A stretch of 64,000 bases of DNA from an uncultured Bacillales bacterium (GCA_946612115.1 CAMOEI010000003.1:46515-110514); one strand, 5' to 3'; shown: positions 1 through 9,983, numbered from the stretch's first letter. The notes: generated from the sequence alone by a model not told the origin. Program-made: numbers and translations.

Positions 1-1
1 C

Positions 2-382
2 TGGTTAGCGTTCGCCCTTTTATTATTCGTTGGAGGAAAAATGTTATTTGAATCCATTAAAGGATTAACTAATCCTCCAGAAGAAAAGATTGAAAAAGAG
101 TTTTCATATAAAAATATATTTCTATATTCAGTGTTAACTGCGATTGACGCCTTAGCGGCAGGAGTGGCGTTACACACTGGATTATCAAATAACTACACAG
201 TCTTTCTACATGTCTCAATAATTCTAGTAATTACCTTCATCCTTTCTCTTATTGGTCTATTACTAGCGAAACAAATCATCAAGTTCCTAAAAGGAAAATA
301 TGAAATCGCTGGAATTATCGGAGGAAGCATCTTAATCTTGCTCGCTATTTGGGTAGTCTTAAGTCACTACTTAGGAATATAA
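2..382 (+). CDS. mntP: Manganese efflux pump MntP family (5'-truncated by window edge)
   Basis: Frame is open from nt 2 (WLAFALLLFVGGKML...), with TAIDALAAG and IIGGSILILLAI motifs; hydrophobic. Confidence 0.8.
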   Translation, partial: WLAFALLLFVGGKMLFESIKGLTNPPEEKIEKEFSYKNIFLYSVLTAIDALAAGVALHTGLSNNYTVFLHVSIILVITFILSLIGLLLAKQIIKFLKGKYEIAGIIGGSILILLAIWVVLSHYLGI

Positions 383-519
383 CACTTTTGTAGGTTATAG
401 ATTAGCAGTTCCTGATCTTTTTTAGTCGATTCAAAGTTGGAGATTTCAAAAAAATTAAAAAGAAAAATGATAAATTTTTTTGAAAAATTAATAAACTTTG
501 TTTATTAGAAAAAAAGTTG

Positions 520-595
520 AAAAAAATTTTTAAAAATTTCTGAAAATCGCCCTAAGGAAATCTTTTTAAAGATTTCCAATAATATATAGGAGGAC
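520..595 (+). promoter_or_regulatory. Conserved leader: AAAATCGCCCTA motif, palindrome GGAAATCTTT-TT-AAAGATTTCC (556-577), RBS
   Basis: Close match at 46250-46319; the motif also occurs at 19897-19925 (minus strand). Confidence 0.6.
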
Positions 596-603
596 TTGAA
601 GAA

Positions 604-960
604 ATGAAGTCAAAAAATGTTAATGATCGTAACCTCAAAGAAAACATCGAATTGCAGGTTAACATTGAAAAAGCGATCTATTCAAAACAAATTAAAGAAA
701 GTGAACTAGATGAATTATCTACTTCACCAAAGAGTAATTATTTAAGGGGGCTTTATTATTACATTGTTAAAGAAGATAAGGTTCTTGGAGAGAAATACTT
801 CGCACGCGTTAAAGAAGAAGGTAATGATGATTTATTACTAAAGCTTTATCGTACCTATTTAGATTTTGGTGATGATTACATTCCTCTTGCAGATTCATGT
901 TTATCTATCTTAGTAAATAGAGGAAACGAACTTGCGATTGAATTAGCAAAAGCTGAGTAG
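604..960 (+). CDS. Hypothetical helical protein (118 aa)
   Basis: ORF with GGAGG RBS; no recognisable family, possibly TPR/Sel1-like. Confidence 0.6.
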   Translation: MKSKNVNDRNLKENIELQVNIEKAIYSKQIKESELDELSTSPKSNYLRGLYYYIVKEDKVLGEKYFARVKEEGNDDLLLKLYRTYLDFGDDYIPLADSCLSILVNRGNELAIELAKAE

Positions 961-1032
961 TGGTTTTTGAGATAAAAACTATGTTTATAGACCAATTTAC
1001 CTCAATAATGAGGAATTGAGTGTTTTAATATG

Positions 1033-1060
1033 AAAATCGCCTAAAAAGGCGGTTTTTGTT
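1033..1060 (+). terminator. Rho-independent terminator
   Basis: AAAATCGCCT-AAAA-AGGCGGTTTT stem followed by a T-rich tail. Confidence 0.65.
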
Positions 1061-1306
1061 TGTTTATCAATTATTCAAATAATGTAACACTGTCTAAGAA
1101 AAACTATATTCTTTAAGAATATAAAAATTTTCTTTCTCTTTTCATTAAAACGAAGGCCATTTTTCTCCCTATTAATAAATGAGGGCAGTGATATTTATTG
1201 CCTACTTATTCCTGGCTAATCCTTGTGATTCGCCATTAGTTCTTTCCATGGTTTCTTATCTTGGCGGTCACTACCGTGATAGCCAGGGGTGGAAAGGAGA
1301 TTGCCT

Positions 1307-1378
1307 ATGGACATATCTTTGATTGTTCTCGTCATAATCCTAGCGATTATCCTCGAAATAAAAAAAGACCACCACTAA
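1307..1378 (+). CDS. Small hydrophobic peptide MDISLIVLVIILAIILEIKKDHH; type I toxin-like
   Basis: Strong SD GAAAGGAG (1292-1299); one TM helix plus charged tail; lies in a highly base-paired mRNA (1181-1435). Confidence 0.7.
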   Translation: MDISLIVLVIILAIILEIKKDHH

Positions 1379-1392
1379 GGTGATCAAACCAC
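1360..1392 (-). ncRNA. Putative antisense antitoxin RNA overlapping the toxin 3' end
   Basis: Minus-strand TTGACA at 1427-1422; terminator GATCACC-TTAGT-GGTGGTC-T7 overlaps the peptide stop codon. Confidence 0.45.
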
Positions 1393-1449
1393 ACTTATAG
1401 TAAACCATGGTGGTCCATATTTGTCAACTGCCCTCAAAACCTTTCACGC

Positions 1450-1477
1450 AAAAGAAAAGACCTACCGAAGTAGATCT
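1450..1477 (-). terminator. Terminator of the lipoprotein/ABC operon
   Basis: Minus strand AGATCTAC-TTCG-GTAGGTCT followed by a T-tract. Confidence 0.75.
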
Positions 1478-1504
1478 AATCTTATTAACTTTGATAGATG
1501 GGTA

Positions 1505-4306
1505 TTATTCTAATCCCATGACCATTCCGATATAGTTAACGGATTTTCCTGGTTTTAAATACATTCCCATATAATCGCCACTAGCGATAGATTTTCTAAC
1601 ATTAATGGCTCTTTCAGCAATCTTGGATTGTAATGTTGCAACACCTTGTTCTGCAGCACCCCATGCTTGAGCGTATTGATTGTCAACAATGGTTTGACCA
1701 TCCGGAGTTTGAACATAAGCTTCAGCTTGTTCTTTGGTCATTCCTTGATTTTCCATTAAATTTTCAACAACACCTTCAACAACTTTTTGTCTAATAATGC
1801 TTTGAACAAGTGGAGTAAAGACTGTTGAAATATATTTTGGACTATTTGGATCTAAGTTAACTGCATTGCTTGTTGAATATGATTCAAGCATGGTCATTTG
1901 ACCTAATTGTTCCGCCATAATGTTTTTAAATCCATCTAGCACTTGGTCTAATGCATCGCATGTTGCGCTGAATTCTTGATCTTCCATTAAAGCCGCCATA
2001 TTAGCAACAATTGCGCCATCGCTTAAATCTTCCTTTGTGACTAATCCAGCACCATATTGTGTTTCAACAATAACACCCATATTTTGATCGACTAATCCTT
2101 GTTTAAATTGAGCAAGGATATTTGTAGGATCATCTAATTTGCTCATGCCTAATGAATAAGCAGTAGGACCATTATTAATTGTGAAACGTCCACCTAAAGC
2201 TCTCTTATCATTGTCTTTGAATGCATCAGCACAAATATCTAAGGCAATAAGATTGACATAAGACATTTCTTTGCTGTCTTTGCTTACATATGTCTTTCCT
2301 TCAGACTCTTTAGCGTTTCTTCCAATCCAACCTAAGTAGCCTGGATCTTGTTCAGATGTTTTATAGGCATCTTTAGAACCAAGTTTGATGAATGTTTGGA
2401 CATAAGAGCTTGCGTTATGATCACTAAACCATGGTTCAGTACCTGTAACTTTATTCTCGAAGTAGACGTTTTGACAATCAACTTCTGGTTTATAGTGAAC
2501 ACTTGTTTCATTATCACTATTGGCACCAGGTTCGTCCATTAAGAAGATTCCACCACCAGCGCCAGTCATGAATGAATTTTTAATTAAGTTGTGTTTTGAA
2601 CCATAAATATAAACTAAGGAGTTATATGAATCGAAGTTCTTGCATCTGTCAACAGTCATACGTGTTTCAACGCGTTCTTGACCTTCATCGTGTTCATTTT
2701 CGCCACGAACATTTGACATAAATGTAATAAATGTCTTGCTGGATAAAACATTAGTAAAGCTAAAGTCAGTACCTTCACCTTTGAAATTGATTAATCCACC
2801 AATGTATTTGTTGTCATCGCTTCTTTCACCATTTCCAATGAAGGTTGTATTTTTGAAATTAATTTCTCCTCCAGAACATTTGCTCCATGTAATTAGATCG
2901 GCAGGTGTGGAGTTGTCAGAAGACCAGTTAATTCCGAATAATTCAGCGTGAGAACCTTCTGTTCCACCTTCTTTACTAACTTGAGCACCTGGCATATCAC
3001 CTTGTTCTAACGGACGACCAATTTGGCTCCAGAAAGCACGGACTTGACTAATTGCAGAAGCATCAACTTTGAAATAGTTTCCTTCGAAATTGAAATGCGT
3101 GTCTTCAGTTGTGTTTCTAGTGAAAACGCTTACGCGATCGTAAAGTGAACCAGTTAATTGAGCTTTAGCTTTTGCTTCATCAAAAGATGGATCATATGTC
3201 TTGTAGAAATTAACGTAAGCTTCTAAATCAGAAGATGCGTTAGTCGCATATTGATTGACGGCGGCTTCAGTAACAAAGAACTCACTTGGTAAATCACTAT
3301 TTGTAATTGTGAGATCTGCTTGTAAAACAATTCCTTTAGCGTCGACATCAGTTAAACCTTCACTTGCTTTGATATCATCCCAGTAGGATTTGGTTGAATC
3401 GTTGAATTTAACTGAGTTATCGAAAGCTGATAATTGTTTTGCAGTATAGACGTTAAATCCATCAACGACTTCAAATTTAAATGAGACAGGTTCAACATGT
3501 TCATCAACTTTGTAGTAAGTTTTATCAGCGTCGACTTTGGCTTCAAATAAACCTTTAACATTATTTTTAAATGTGAATGATTTTAAATCATTAGCAACAG
3601 TAACAAGTTCCGCAGCTGCTGCATCAGTTAATTCTTCATATTCATGAGTTGTCTCATTATATTTTGAGAATTTGATGACTAATTTTGGTCCATCATAAGT
3701 TACTGGATCAGCGTCTGGTCTAGCTGGATCAACAAATGTTGCTTTAACATTGAAGTTAAAGGCGTTTTGATTACCAACTTTATAACTATCCGCTTCTCCT
3801 TCTTCGTTTTCATAATAAGTGGTGCGGTTTGGATTCTTGTTAGTTTGGATGTTTTCAATCTTATCTAATTTAGCGGTTCTAGCACCATAAGAATCCATTA
3901 AAGCTGGCTCGACTAACGATACAAGAGTCATGTCTTGGGAAATGTCTTCCTTAACAGTCATTGTAACTTCTGCCTTAATTGATTCGTTTTCAACACTTGT
4001 ACAAATAATTTTGGCTTGTCCGGTAGTTTTAAAAGTTACTAACCCGGTTTCAGATACTTCTGCAACATCAACATTGCCACTTGACCATCTAACATTTTTG
4101 TTAGTAGCTTCAGTAGGTGTGACAACTGCTTGAAGTTGAAGAGTTGGTGTGTCGTGCAGATAGACGGTGTTTTTATACCCTCTAATTGCAACGTTTGTCA
4201 CCTTTGTTTCCTTTTTTGCTGGTGTATTGTTTTGAACACAACCGACCATCGCAGTTGATCCAAGTAACAAAGCAAGAGCAGGAATGATTAACTTAGCGCT
4301 TTTCAT
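1505..4306 (-). CDS. Large lipoprotein with N-terminal bacterial Ig-like (Big_2) domain
   Basis: Signal peptide with lipobox-like AMVG-C; motif VTPTEATNKNVRWSSGNVDVAEVSETGLVT. Confidence 0.75.
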   Translation of the reverse strand: MKSAKLIIPALALLLGSTAMVGCVQNNTPAKKETKVTNVAIRGYKNTVYLHDTPTLQLQAVVTPTEATNKNVRWSSGNVDVAEVSETGLVTFKTTGQAKIICTSVENESIKAEVTMTVKEDISQDMTLVSLVEPALMDSYGARTAKLDKIENIQTNKNPNRTTYYENEEGEADSYKVGNQNAFNFNVKATFVDPARPDADPVTYDGPKLVIKFSKYNETTHEYEELTDAAAAELVTVANDLKSFTFKNNVKGLFEAKVDADKTYYKVDEHVEPVSFKFEVVDGFNVYTAKQLSAFDNSVKFNDSTKSYWDDIKASEGLTDVDAKGIVLQADLTITNSDLPSEFFVTEAAVNQYATNASSDLEAYVNFYKTYDPSFDEAKAKAQLTGSLYDRVSVFTRNTTEDTHFNFEGNYFKVDASAISQVRAFWSQIGRPLEQGDMPGAQVSKEGGTEGSHAELFGINWSSDNSTPADLITWSKCSGGEINFKNTTFIGNGERSDDNKYIGGLINFKGEGTDFSFTNVLSSKTFITFMSNVRGENEHDEGQERVETRMTVDRCKNFDSYNSLVYIYGSKHNLIKNSFMTGAGGGIFLMDEPGANSDNETSVHYKPEVDCQNVYFENKVTGTEPWFSDHNASSYVQTFIKLGSKDAYKTSEQDPGYLGWIGRNAKESEGKTYVSKDSKEMSYVNLIALDICADAFKDNDKRALGGRFTINNGPTAYSLGMSKLDDPTNILAQFKQGLVDQNMGVIVETQYGAGLVTKEDLSDGAIVANMAALMEDQEFSATCDALDQVLDGFKNIMAEQLGQMTMLESYSTSNAVNLDPNSPKYISTVFTPLVQSIIRQKVVEGVVENLMENQGMTKEQAEAYVQTPDGQTIVDNQYAQAWGAAEQGVATLQSKIAERAINVRKSIASGDYMGMYLKPGKSVNYIGMVMGLE

Positions 4307-4342
4307 AATATTCTCCTTTATATATGGCTTGTTAATTATAAA

Positions 4343-4879
4343 TTAATTTAATATAAATGCAACATGCATCTCGACCCCTGACATATCAGTCGAACTAATG
4401 TTTAGATAACCAGTTACTATACCAGCAGGTATTGCAGTAAATTTCATTAAACCTGTCTCATCAATAGAAACATAATTGCTTCTATTAGTGTAATAAGTCA
4501 AATCTTTCTTTGTTGCATCGTCTGGTTTAATTTGAACATCTAGCTGATATTCAGAGTTCATATTAACGCTGATATAAGTTAAATCAGCAAATCTAATGCG
4601 GTAATCAATCTTTCTAACTATGACTCCTCCTTCTATTTCATTCCATACGACGTCATCGGCGTCTTTTCCGTCATCCCAAATCTCTTCTTCAGGAGGTCTT
4701 TTTTTAACAGACACAACAACGGAAGAAGTGTTTGGTTTATACATAGTTTCATTTCGTAAATCCAAAGCAGTAACATAAACTGTTTTGTTATATATTTCTG
4801 GTCTAGTTCCAAGGAAAGAAACCAAGATAATTGCAATAACATATATTACAGAAATAATAGCGATAAGAGCTTTTTTCAT
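4343..4879 (-). CDS. Membrane-anchored protein with C-terminal Ig-like (Big_2-like) domain
   Basis: N-terminal TM helix; IKPDDATKKDLTY...VSIDETGLM motif. Confidence 0.65.
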   Translation of the reverse strand: MKKALIAIISVIYVIAIILVSFLGTRPEIYNKTVYVTALDLRNETMYKPNTSSVVVSVKKRPPEEEIWDDGKDADDVVWNEIEGGVIVRKIDYRIRFADLTYISVNMNSEYQLDVQIKPDDATKKDLTYYTNRSNYVSIDETGLMKFTAIPAGIVTGYLNISSTDMSGVEMHVAFILN

Positions 4880-4881
4880 CT

Positions 4882-6993
4882 TTAGTTTTCCCTCCCTTCT
4901 TGTCTAGAAGTTCCGTAGGCAATAATTTTAATAATAAATAAGATAACTCTGGCCACAAAAAACATAACACCGATCGCCATAATAATAGCAGTGGATTTAG
5001 AAGGCTCTTTGACCATAAAGAAATATGTTAAAGCAGTAACAACTCCCGCAATGACAAAAGCCAATATACTAGCTAAAGTTTCATTAGGATTATTAACAGA
5101 TGAACCAACTTCAGCATAGAGTTTGTCTTGTGGCTTCATATAGTCAAGTTCAGCACACCAGAGCAAATGTCCTAAGTAAATGAACCACATCGCAAAGAAG
5201 AGCAAGTGCCATTTAACAAATAAGACATCACTATAATGAGAATAAAGAATAATAGTTACCACTAAAGAGGCGGTCATAAGAACTGCTCTTAAAAGAAGTT
5301 TGATGGTTAATGTTTTCATATAGTTGGCAGGAGAAGCTTTTAGCAAATAGCTCGCTTTTCCTTCTCTAGAATAAATGCTTGCCATAGAAACATTACTCGC
5401 TAGAGCAATAAGCATGATAATTAAAACATTAATCGCTACTGTATATCTTTGGCCTTGGAAGGAAGTATTAATTGCGGAGAATGTTGTATTGAGCACCGCA
5501 ATAGCGAGAGGAGTAATAATAAATAATAAGAATAAGGAAATGACTGTTCCAGGTGTTCTAAAGTCAACAAGAATATCTTTTATGAAGCTAGAAGTCATTG
5601 GATCGTTCTTATGATTTTTCGCCTTTAAGTAATAAGGATCGTAGCAATGTAAATGGATTCTAGGTTGTTCTTTTACCAAGACAAGGAAAGGAATATCTAA
5701 TCTAGTTTGAATAATGAATCCACAGTCTGTTATTTCAGCAGTTGGGACCATTTCAAATTTAATATCCTTTGAATATTTTCTAAGGAACTTATTGATACGT
5801 TTAACATCAATCTTTTCTCTTAAGAATAATTTTTCCTCATGGTTAAGTTTTCTTAATAAACGGCCAAGTTTGTTAACAATAATTTTTTTGTCTTTTTTTG
5901 AAATATTCTCATCAATAATCGGTTTAAATCCAAAATTATAGATACTTTCATCGTTCTTTGAAAGCTTGTAATCATGGTTAATATATTTCTTTGAATACTC
6001 AAATGGTTTACTCGCCATTTTGAAGAATAAAGGTCGAGAAACGAAATAGGAAATAACAATGCATCCAACAATAATTGCGATGAACACAGCGATAATCGCT
6101 CCGGTTTCCTCAGTAACAATTCTTAGATACTTTGGATTGGTACTATTTGTTTGATAGCCTCTATAACCAAGAACAAGTGCAGGGACATAAAATAGCGGTC
6201 CAGAATATTTTTCAATGAGCTTAGTGGCTTCCCTAAATTGTGGAAGATAAACAGTTGCCCACTTAGACGAAATTTGTAAATTTGCTGGGATCAAAGTTAA
6301 TAAATAGAAGATTCCAGCGGTAGCAGCAATAGCAACAAGGATTACAAAGATGGTTTGAATGCCCTGGTATTTTTTGAAGAATGAAAGAACATACTTGTAT
6401 GGCAAAGAAAGAACTGCAGAAATAGTGGTGATAGTTAACGATATAATTAAGAATGTTAACAATAACCATGGATAAAAATACAGTGGTAAATCATTAACGA
6501 TTGCATATGCGATAAATAAAGGCGCTAAAGTGACAAAGCTTTTTACTAAATCCATAATGTAAAAGACTGCAAGTTTAGAGAAAAAGATAACTCCGTTATT
6601 ACATGGATAGGTAAGCAAGACTTGATTATCTTGCGAGAAGTATAATGAGTTAGTTAATTTATGAATAACAGATATGATATCTAAGGCAATAATGAGATAA
6701 ATAATCACATTGAAGAATGCGACTGGAACAATGCCTAATGCAAAGACACTCAATTTGCTCAAAATGGTAAAAACCACAACAATAATAGCGATCATCGCCA
6801 CAAAAGCAGCTGCAAAGAGAATAATCTTAGTCAAAGATTTCTTTTTGTCTGCTTTAAAAGAGATGTCTAATCTTTCTCTAAGCTGCATCATAACAAGTGT
6901 TCTAAAACAACGCCAGTTATAAGCGAGATACTTAAAGAAGCGATTTGCTGTCGCTTTAAATTTATTCGGTTTGTTAGTTTGAGTATTACTCAT
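4882..6993 (-). CDS. Putative ABC transporter permease (multi-pass membrane protein)
   Basis: About 12 TM helices; LYFSQDNQVLLTYP and SREGKASYLLKASP motifs; overlaps the upstream ATPase gene. Confidence 0.75.
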   Translation of the reverse strand: MSNTQTNKPNKFKATANRFFKYLAYNWRCFRTLVMMQLRERLDISFKADKKKSLTKIILFAAAFVAMIAIIVVVFTILSKLSVFALGIVPVAFFNVIIYLIIALDIISVIHKLTNSLYFSQDNQVLLTYPCNNGVIFFSKLAVFYIMDLVKSFVTLAPLFIAYAIVNDLPLYFYPWLLLTFLIISLTITTISAVLSLPYKYVLSFFKKYQGIQTIFVILVAIAATAGIFYLLTLIPANLQISSKWATVYLPQFREATKLIEKYSGPLFYVPALVLGYRGYQTNSTNPKYLRIVTEETGAIIAVFIAIIVGCIVISYFVSRPLFFKMASKPFEYSKKYINHDYKLSKNDESIYNFGFKPIIDENISKKDKKIIVNKLGRLLRKLNHEEKLFLREKIDVKRINKFLRKYSKDIKFEMVPTAEITDCGFIIQTRLDIPFLVLVKEQPRIHLHCYDPYYLKAKNHKNDPMTSSFIKDILVDFRTPGTVISLFLLFIITPLAIAVLNTTFSAINTSFQGQRYTVAINVLIIMLIALASNVSMASIYSREGKASYLLKASPANYMKTLTIKLLLRAVLMTASLVVTIILYSHYSDVLFVKWHLLFFAMWFIYLGHLLWCAELDYMKPQDKLYAEVGSSVNNPNETLASILAFVIAGVVTALTYFFMVKEPSKSTAIIMAIGVMFFVARVILFIIKIIAYGTSRQEGREN

Positions 6994-9358
6994 CTAAATC
7001 TCCGTTATCTCTAATTGTGGACATATAGAACTCTTCAAGTCCTTCTGGATGATCTTTTTCAACACCTTCCATAGTATTTTGATAAACAATCTGTCCTTTC
7101 TTGATGATGGCAATTCTTGTACACATCTTCTCAACGACATCGATGATATGAGAGGAGAAGAAAACAATGTTGCCTTTGGCAGCGTGCTCTTTCATACACT
7201 CTTTAACTTGATAAATTGATTGAGGGTCTAGACCAGTTAAAGGTTCATCAAGAATCCATAATTTTGGTTCATGAACTAAAGCGGCCATAATGGTCATCTT
7301 TTGTTTCATACCGTGTGAATAGGTTTGCATTCTATTATCAAATGCTTGTGTAAGTTCAAATAAATCAACGTATTTAGCGATTCTAACATCTCTATCTTCT
7401 TTAGAAACACCATAAAGGTCAGCAATATAGTTGATATATTCTCTACCGGTTAATTTTTCATATAAAGCATAGTGATCTGGAACGTATCCAGTAACTTTTT
7501 TGGAGTAAACAGATTGGGTTGTAACATCGTATCCACAGATTTCAATTCTTCCATCAGTGACAGGTTGAATGCCAATCGCAGATTTAATACATGTAGATTT
7601 ACCTGCTCCATTAGGACCAAGGAATCCAAAGATTTCTCCACCTTTAACTTCTAAATTGACATGGTCCGCACTTAAGCGTTTTGAATTACCATATCGTTTT
7701 GAGAAATCAATAAATTTGAGCGATGCTTCGTTGTGGTCAATAACAATATTGTCGACTTTTTCCATATGAAGTTTCTCCTTTAATGAAATGTGTTGGAGTC
7801 TAGCAACGACTAACTTATCGTGCAGCTCTCTATGAGAGTCACTTATTCTAAAGAATAAGGAATAAATAAACAATTCGGCGAACATAATTCCAAAATATCC
7901 AACCAAGAAAAGTGATTGATATAGAGGATAATAAACAAATTTGAATGAGCCCCATGTCCAACTAACTTTGAAGTCCATCAAATGATAAGCGTTATCGCTA
8001 ATGATATCCAGGACATAAGTGCCGTTGATAAAGAAGTAGTCTGTACCACTTCCGACTTTTTCAGGATCATAACCATCAACATAGTTACTGAGCCATCCAT
8101 TTAAAGCGAGAATAATCACGAAATACATGGTGAAAAACATCATTGAATAAAGCATTTGCTTCATCTTTGGTTTTTCAAATAAGCCCAACGCCACACACAA
8201 TAGCGGCATAGTAGCCGCAGCAATATGATTGCTCCAGAAGTGGGCAACACTTACAGAGGTGAAAATAACTTCTGTGCCTGAATCAGGCCATAGCATAGCA
8301 GCGATAGCGCCGAATACATTTATAAAATAAGTAAAATAGAATAATCTCTTAAGATTAAATGCAATACAAATTGGAATAACAAATAGCGCAGTATGACATA
8401 GGTGAATTGGAAGTGATTTAACATTGAGTTTTAATACTCCATCAACTCTAGAGAACCAAGAATATGCTCCTTCGCATTGAACAAAGTTGGCTAATACTGC
8501 AAGAGAAATGCCTAAAAGTAGTAGTTTTCTAAGATTATAATCTTTATTCCTATGTATAAAATATATGCTTATTGGCAATATCACAGCAAGATAGATGAAA
8601 ATACGATGCATGAATTGGAAATCATCAATTCTATAGCTTGCACCATAATTTCCAAACATTGGTTGATGAGTATTAATTAAAACTGCAAAAGTATGAGCAG
8701 GTAAACTAGCAACGTAAATCGTTAAGAAAAAGACTATGAAGTATACAATTGATTTCCATTTTAACTTAAAAGAAACTTTGTTCTTAATATCGGAAAGTAA
8801 ATCATCAATAAAGACAATCGCTGTAAGAGCAATATTAAGACCAAAGGAAATTGCAATTAAAACGTTTCGATAATCTAATGTAGTGATGTTTGTCCAACAA
8901 GCGATATAGACAAACATGAAAATAGCTTCGATTAATAAAAGAGGAGCTGTTATATACCTAATAATGTTTTTGACAACAGTAGAACGATAAAAAACATATA
9001 AAACAGCAATAATAGAGCAAGGGAGGAAACCAACGCAAATAAATAAGGCGAGGAAATTCAAAAACTTGTTTGTTCCATAAGGTATCCCAACTAATTCCCA
9101 GTTGCCAACACCAGGTTGAAATCCACCAGCTTCTGCGCCTTTAGCAATTTGATCAGCATTATTGTTTGATGGAAACATTGCACAGTCAATGTGGAATGTC
9201 ATCATCGCAACTGCAAACATAGTAAGTGTTGAAAGCACGATTAAAAAAATCTTATAAAACTTGTCAGATAATTTTGTGAATTTCTTCAATAGAAAATAAC
9301 AACCAGGAATTAGGATACCTGGCAGCAATGCTATTAAGTACAAATTGAACAAATCCAT
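6986..9358 (-). CDS. YwaF/TMEM164-like integral membrane domain fused to an ABC ATPase
   Basis: LPIHLCH motif in the membrane part; C-terminal GPNGAGKST, YSHGMKQK, ILDEP. Confidence 0.8.
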   Translation of the reverse strand: MDLFNLYLIALLPGILIPGCYFLLKKFTKLSDKFYKIFLIVLSTLTMFAVAMMTFHIDCAMFPSNNNADQIAKGAEAGGFQPGVGNWELVGIPYGTNKFLNFLALFICVGFLPCSIIAVLYVFYRSTVVKNIIRYITAPLLLIEAIFMFVYIACWTNITTLDYRNVLIAISFGLNIALTAIVFIDDLLSDIKNKVSFKLKWKSIVYFIVFFLTIYVASLPAHTFAVLINTHQPMFGNYGASYRIDDFQFMHRIFIYLAVILPISIYFIHRNKDYNLRKLLLLGISLAVLANFVQCEGAYSWFSRVDGVLKLNVKSLPIHLCHTALFVIPICIAFNLKRLFYFTYFINVFGAIAAMLWPDSGTEVIFTSVSVAHFWSNHIAAATMPLLCVALGLFEKPKMKQMLYSMMFFTMYFVIILALNGWLSNYVDGYDPEKVGSGTDYFFINGTYVLDIISDNAYHLMDFKVSWTWGSFKFVYYPLYQSLFLVGYFGIMFAELFIYSLFFRISDSHRELHDKLVVARLQHISLKEKLHMEKVDNIVIDHNEASLKFIDFSKRYGNSKRLSADHVNLEVKGGEIFGFLGPNGAGKSTCIKSAIGIQPVTDGRIEICGYDVTTQSVYSKKVTGYVPDHYALYEKLTGREYINYIADLYGVSKEDRDVRIAKYVDLFELTQAFDNRMQTYSHGMKQKMTIMAALVHEPKLWILDEPLTGLDPQSIYQVKECMKEHAAKGNIVFFSSHIIDVVEKMCTRIAIIKKGQIVYQNTMEGVEKDHPEGLEEFYMSTIRDNGDLDE

Positions 9359-9615
9359 ACTGGTCTAAATCACACGTATTTTAACAAATATAAATATTTG
9401 GTCAAGCACTATTTTTTGCATAATTTTTTTACAAGAAAATTACACGATTTTTGACGAGAAAAACGCAAAAATTTCCGAAAAATAAAGTTATTTTTGCAAA
9501 AACGGCCATTTTACAAAAACGCCATTTTTTTAAAAAATTAATTTTGAATCGACTAACCTACTAAATGTAATAATTATTAGATTTTGATATACAAAATGAA
9601 CATTCAAAAAAGCAC

Positions 9616-9645
9616 AAAAAAAAACGACCTATTTTCAGGCCGTTA
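9616..9645 (-). terminator. secG terminator
   Basis: Minus strand AACGGCCT-GAAAAT-AGGTCGTT plus T-tract. Confidence 0.65.
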
Positions 9646-9665
9646 TTTTTGATAATTTGTCCCAA

Positions 9666-9899
9666 TTAGGAATTGAGGATTTTAATTAAGATCGCTAGGA
9701 TAAAGAAGATGATTGCAACAACTAAAGTAAGGATAGAAATGACCTTTTCTGCTCCTCTTTCTTTTGTCTTAACGAAAACGTTTAAGCCACCTCCAGTAAT
9801 AGCGCCAGAAGCACCTTCTGATTTACCACCTTGAAGTAAGCATAAGACGATAATGATAATGCTAACAGCTAATAAGACCCAGTCATACCAAGCTAACAT
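9666..9899 (-). CDS. secG: Preprotein translocase subunit SecG
   Basis: Two TM helices; LLQGGKSEGASGAITGG and KERG motifs. Confidence 0.9.
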   Translation of the reverse strand: MLAWYDWVLLAVSIIIIVLCLLQGGKSEGASGAITGGGLNVFVKTKERGAEKVISILTLVVAIIFFILAILIKILNS

Positions 9900-9983
9900 A
9901 TTAATTCTCCTTTCCTAGTGAGATAATGCTTATTTATATTACCAAACTAAATGATTTAATCAATGATTTTTATGCGCGTATAT

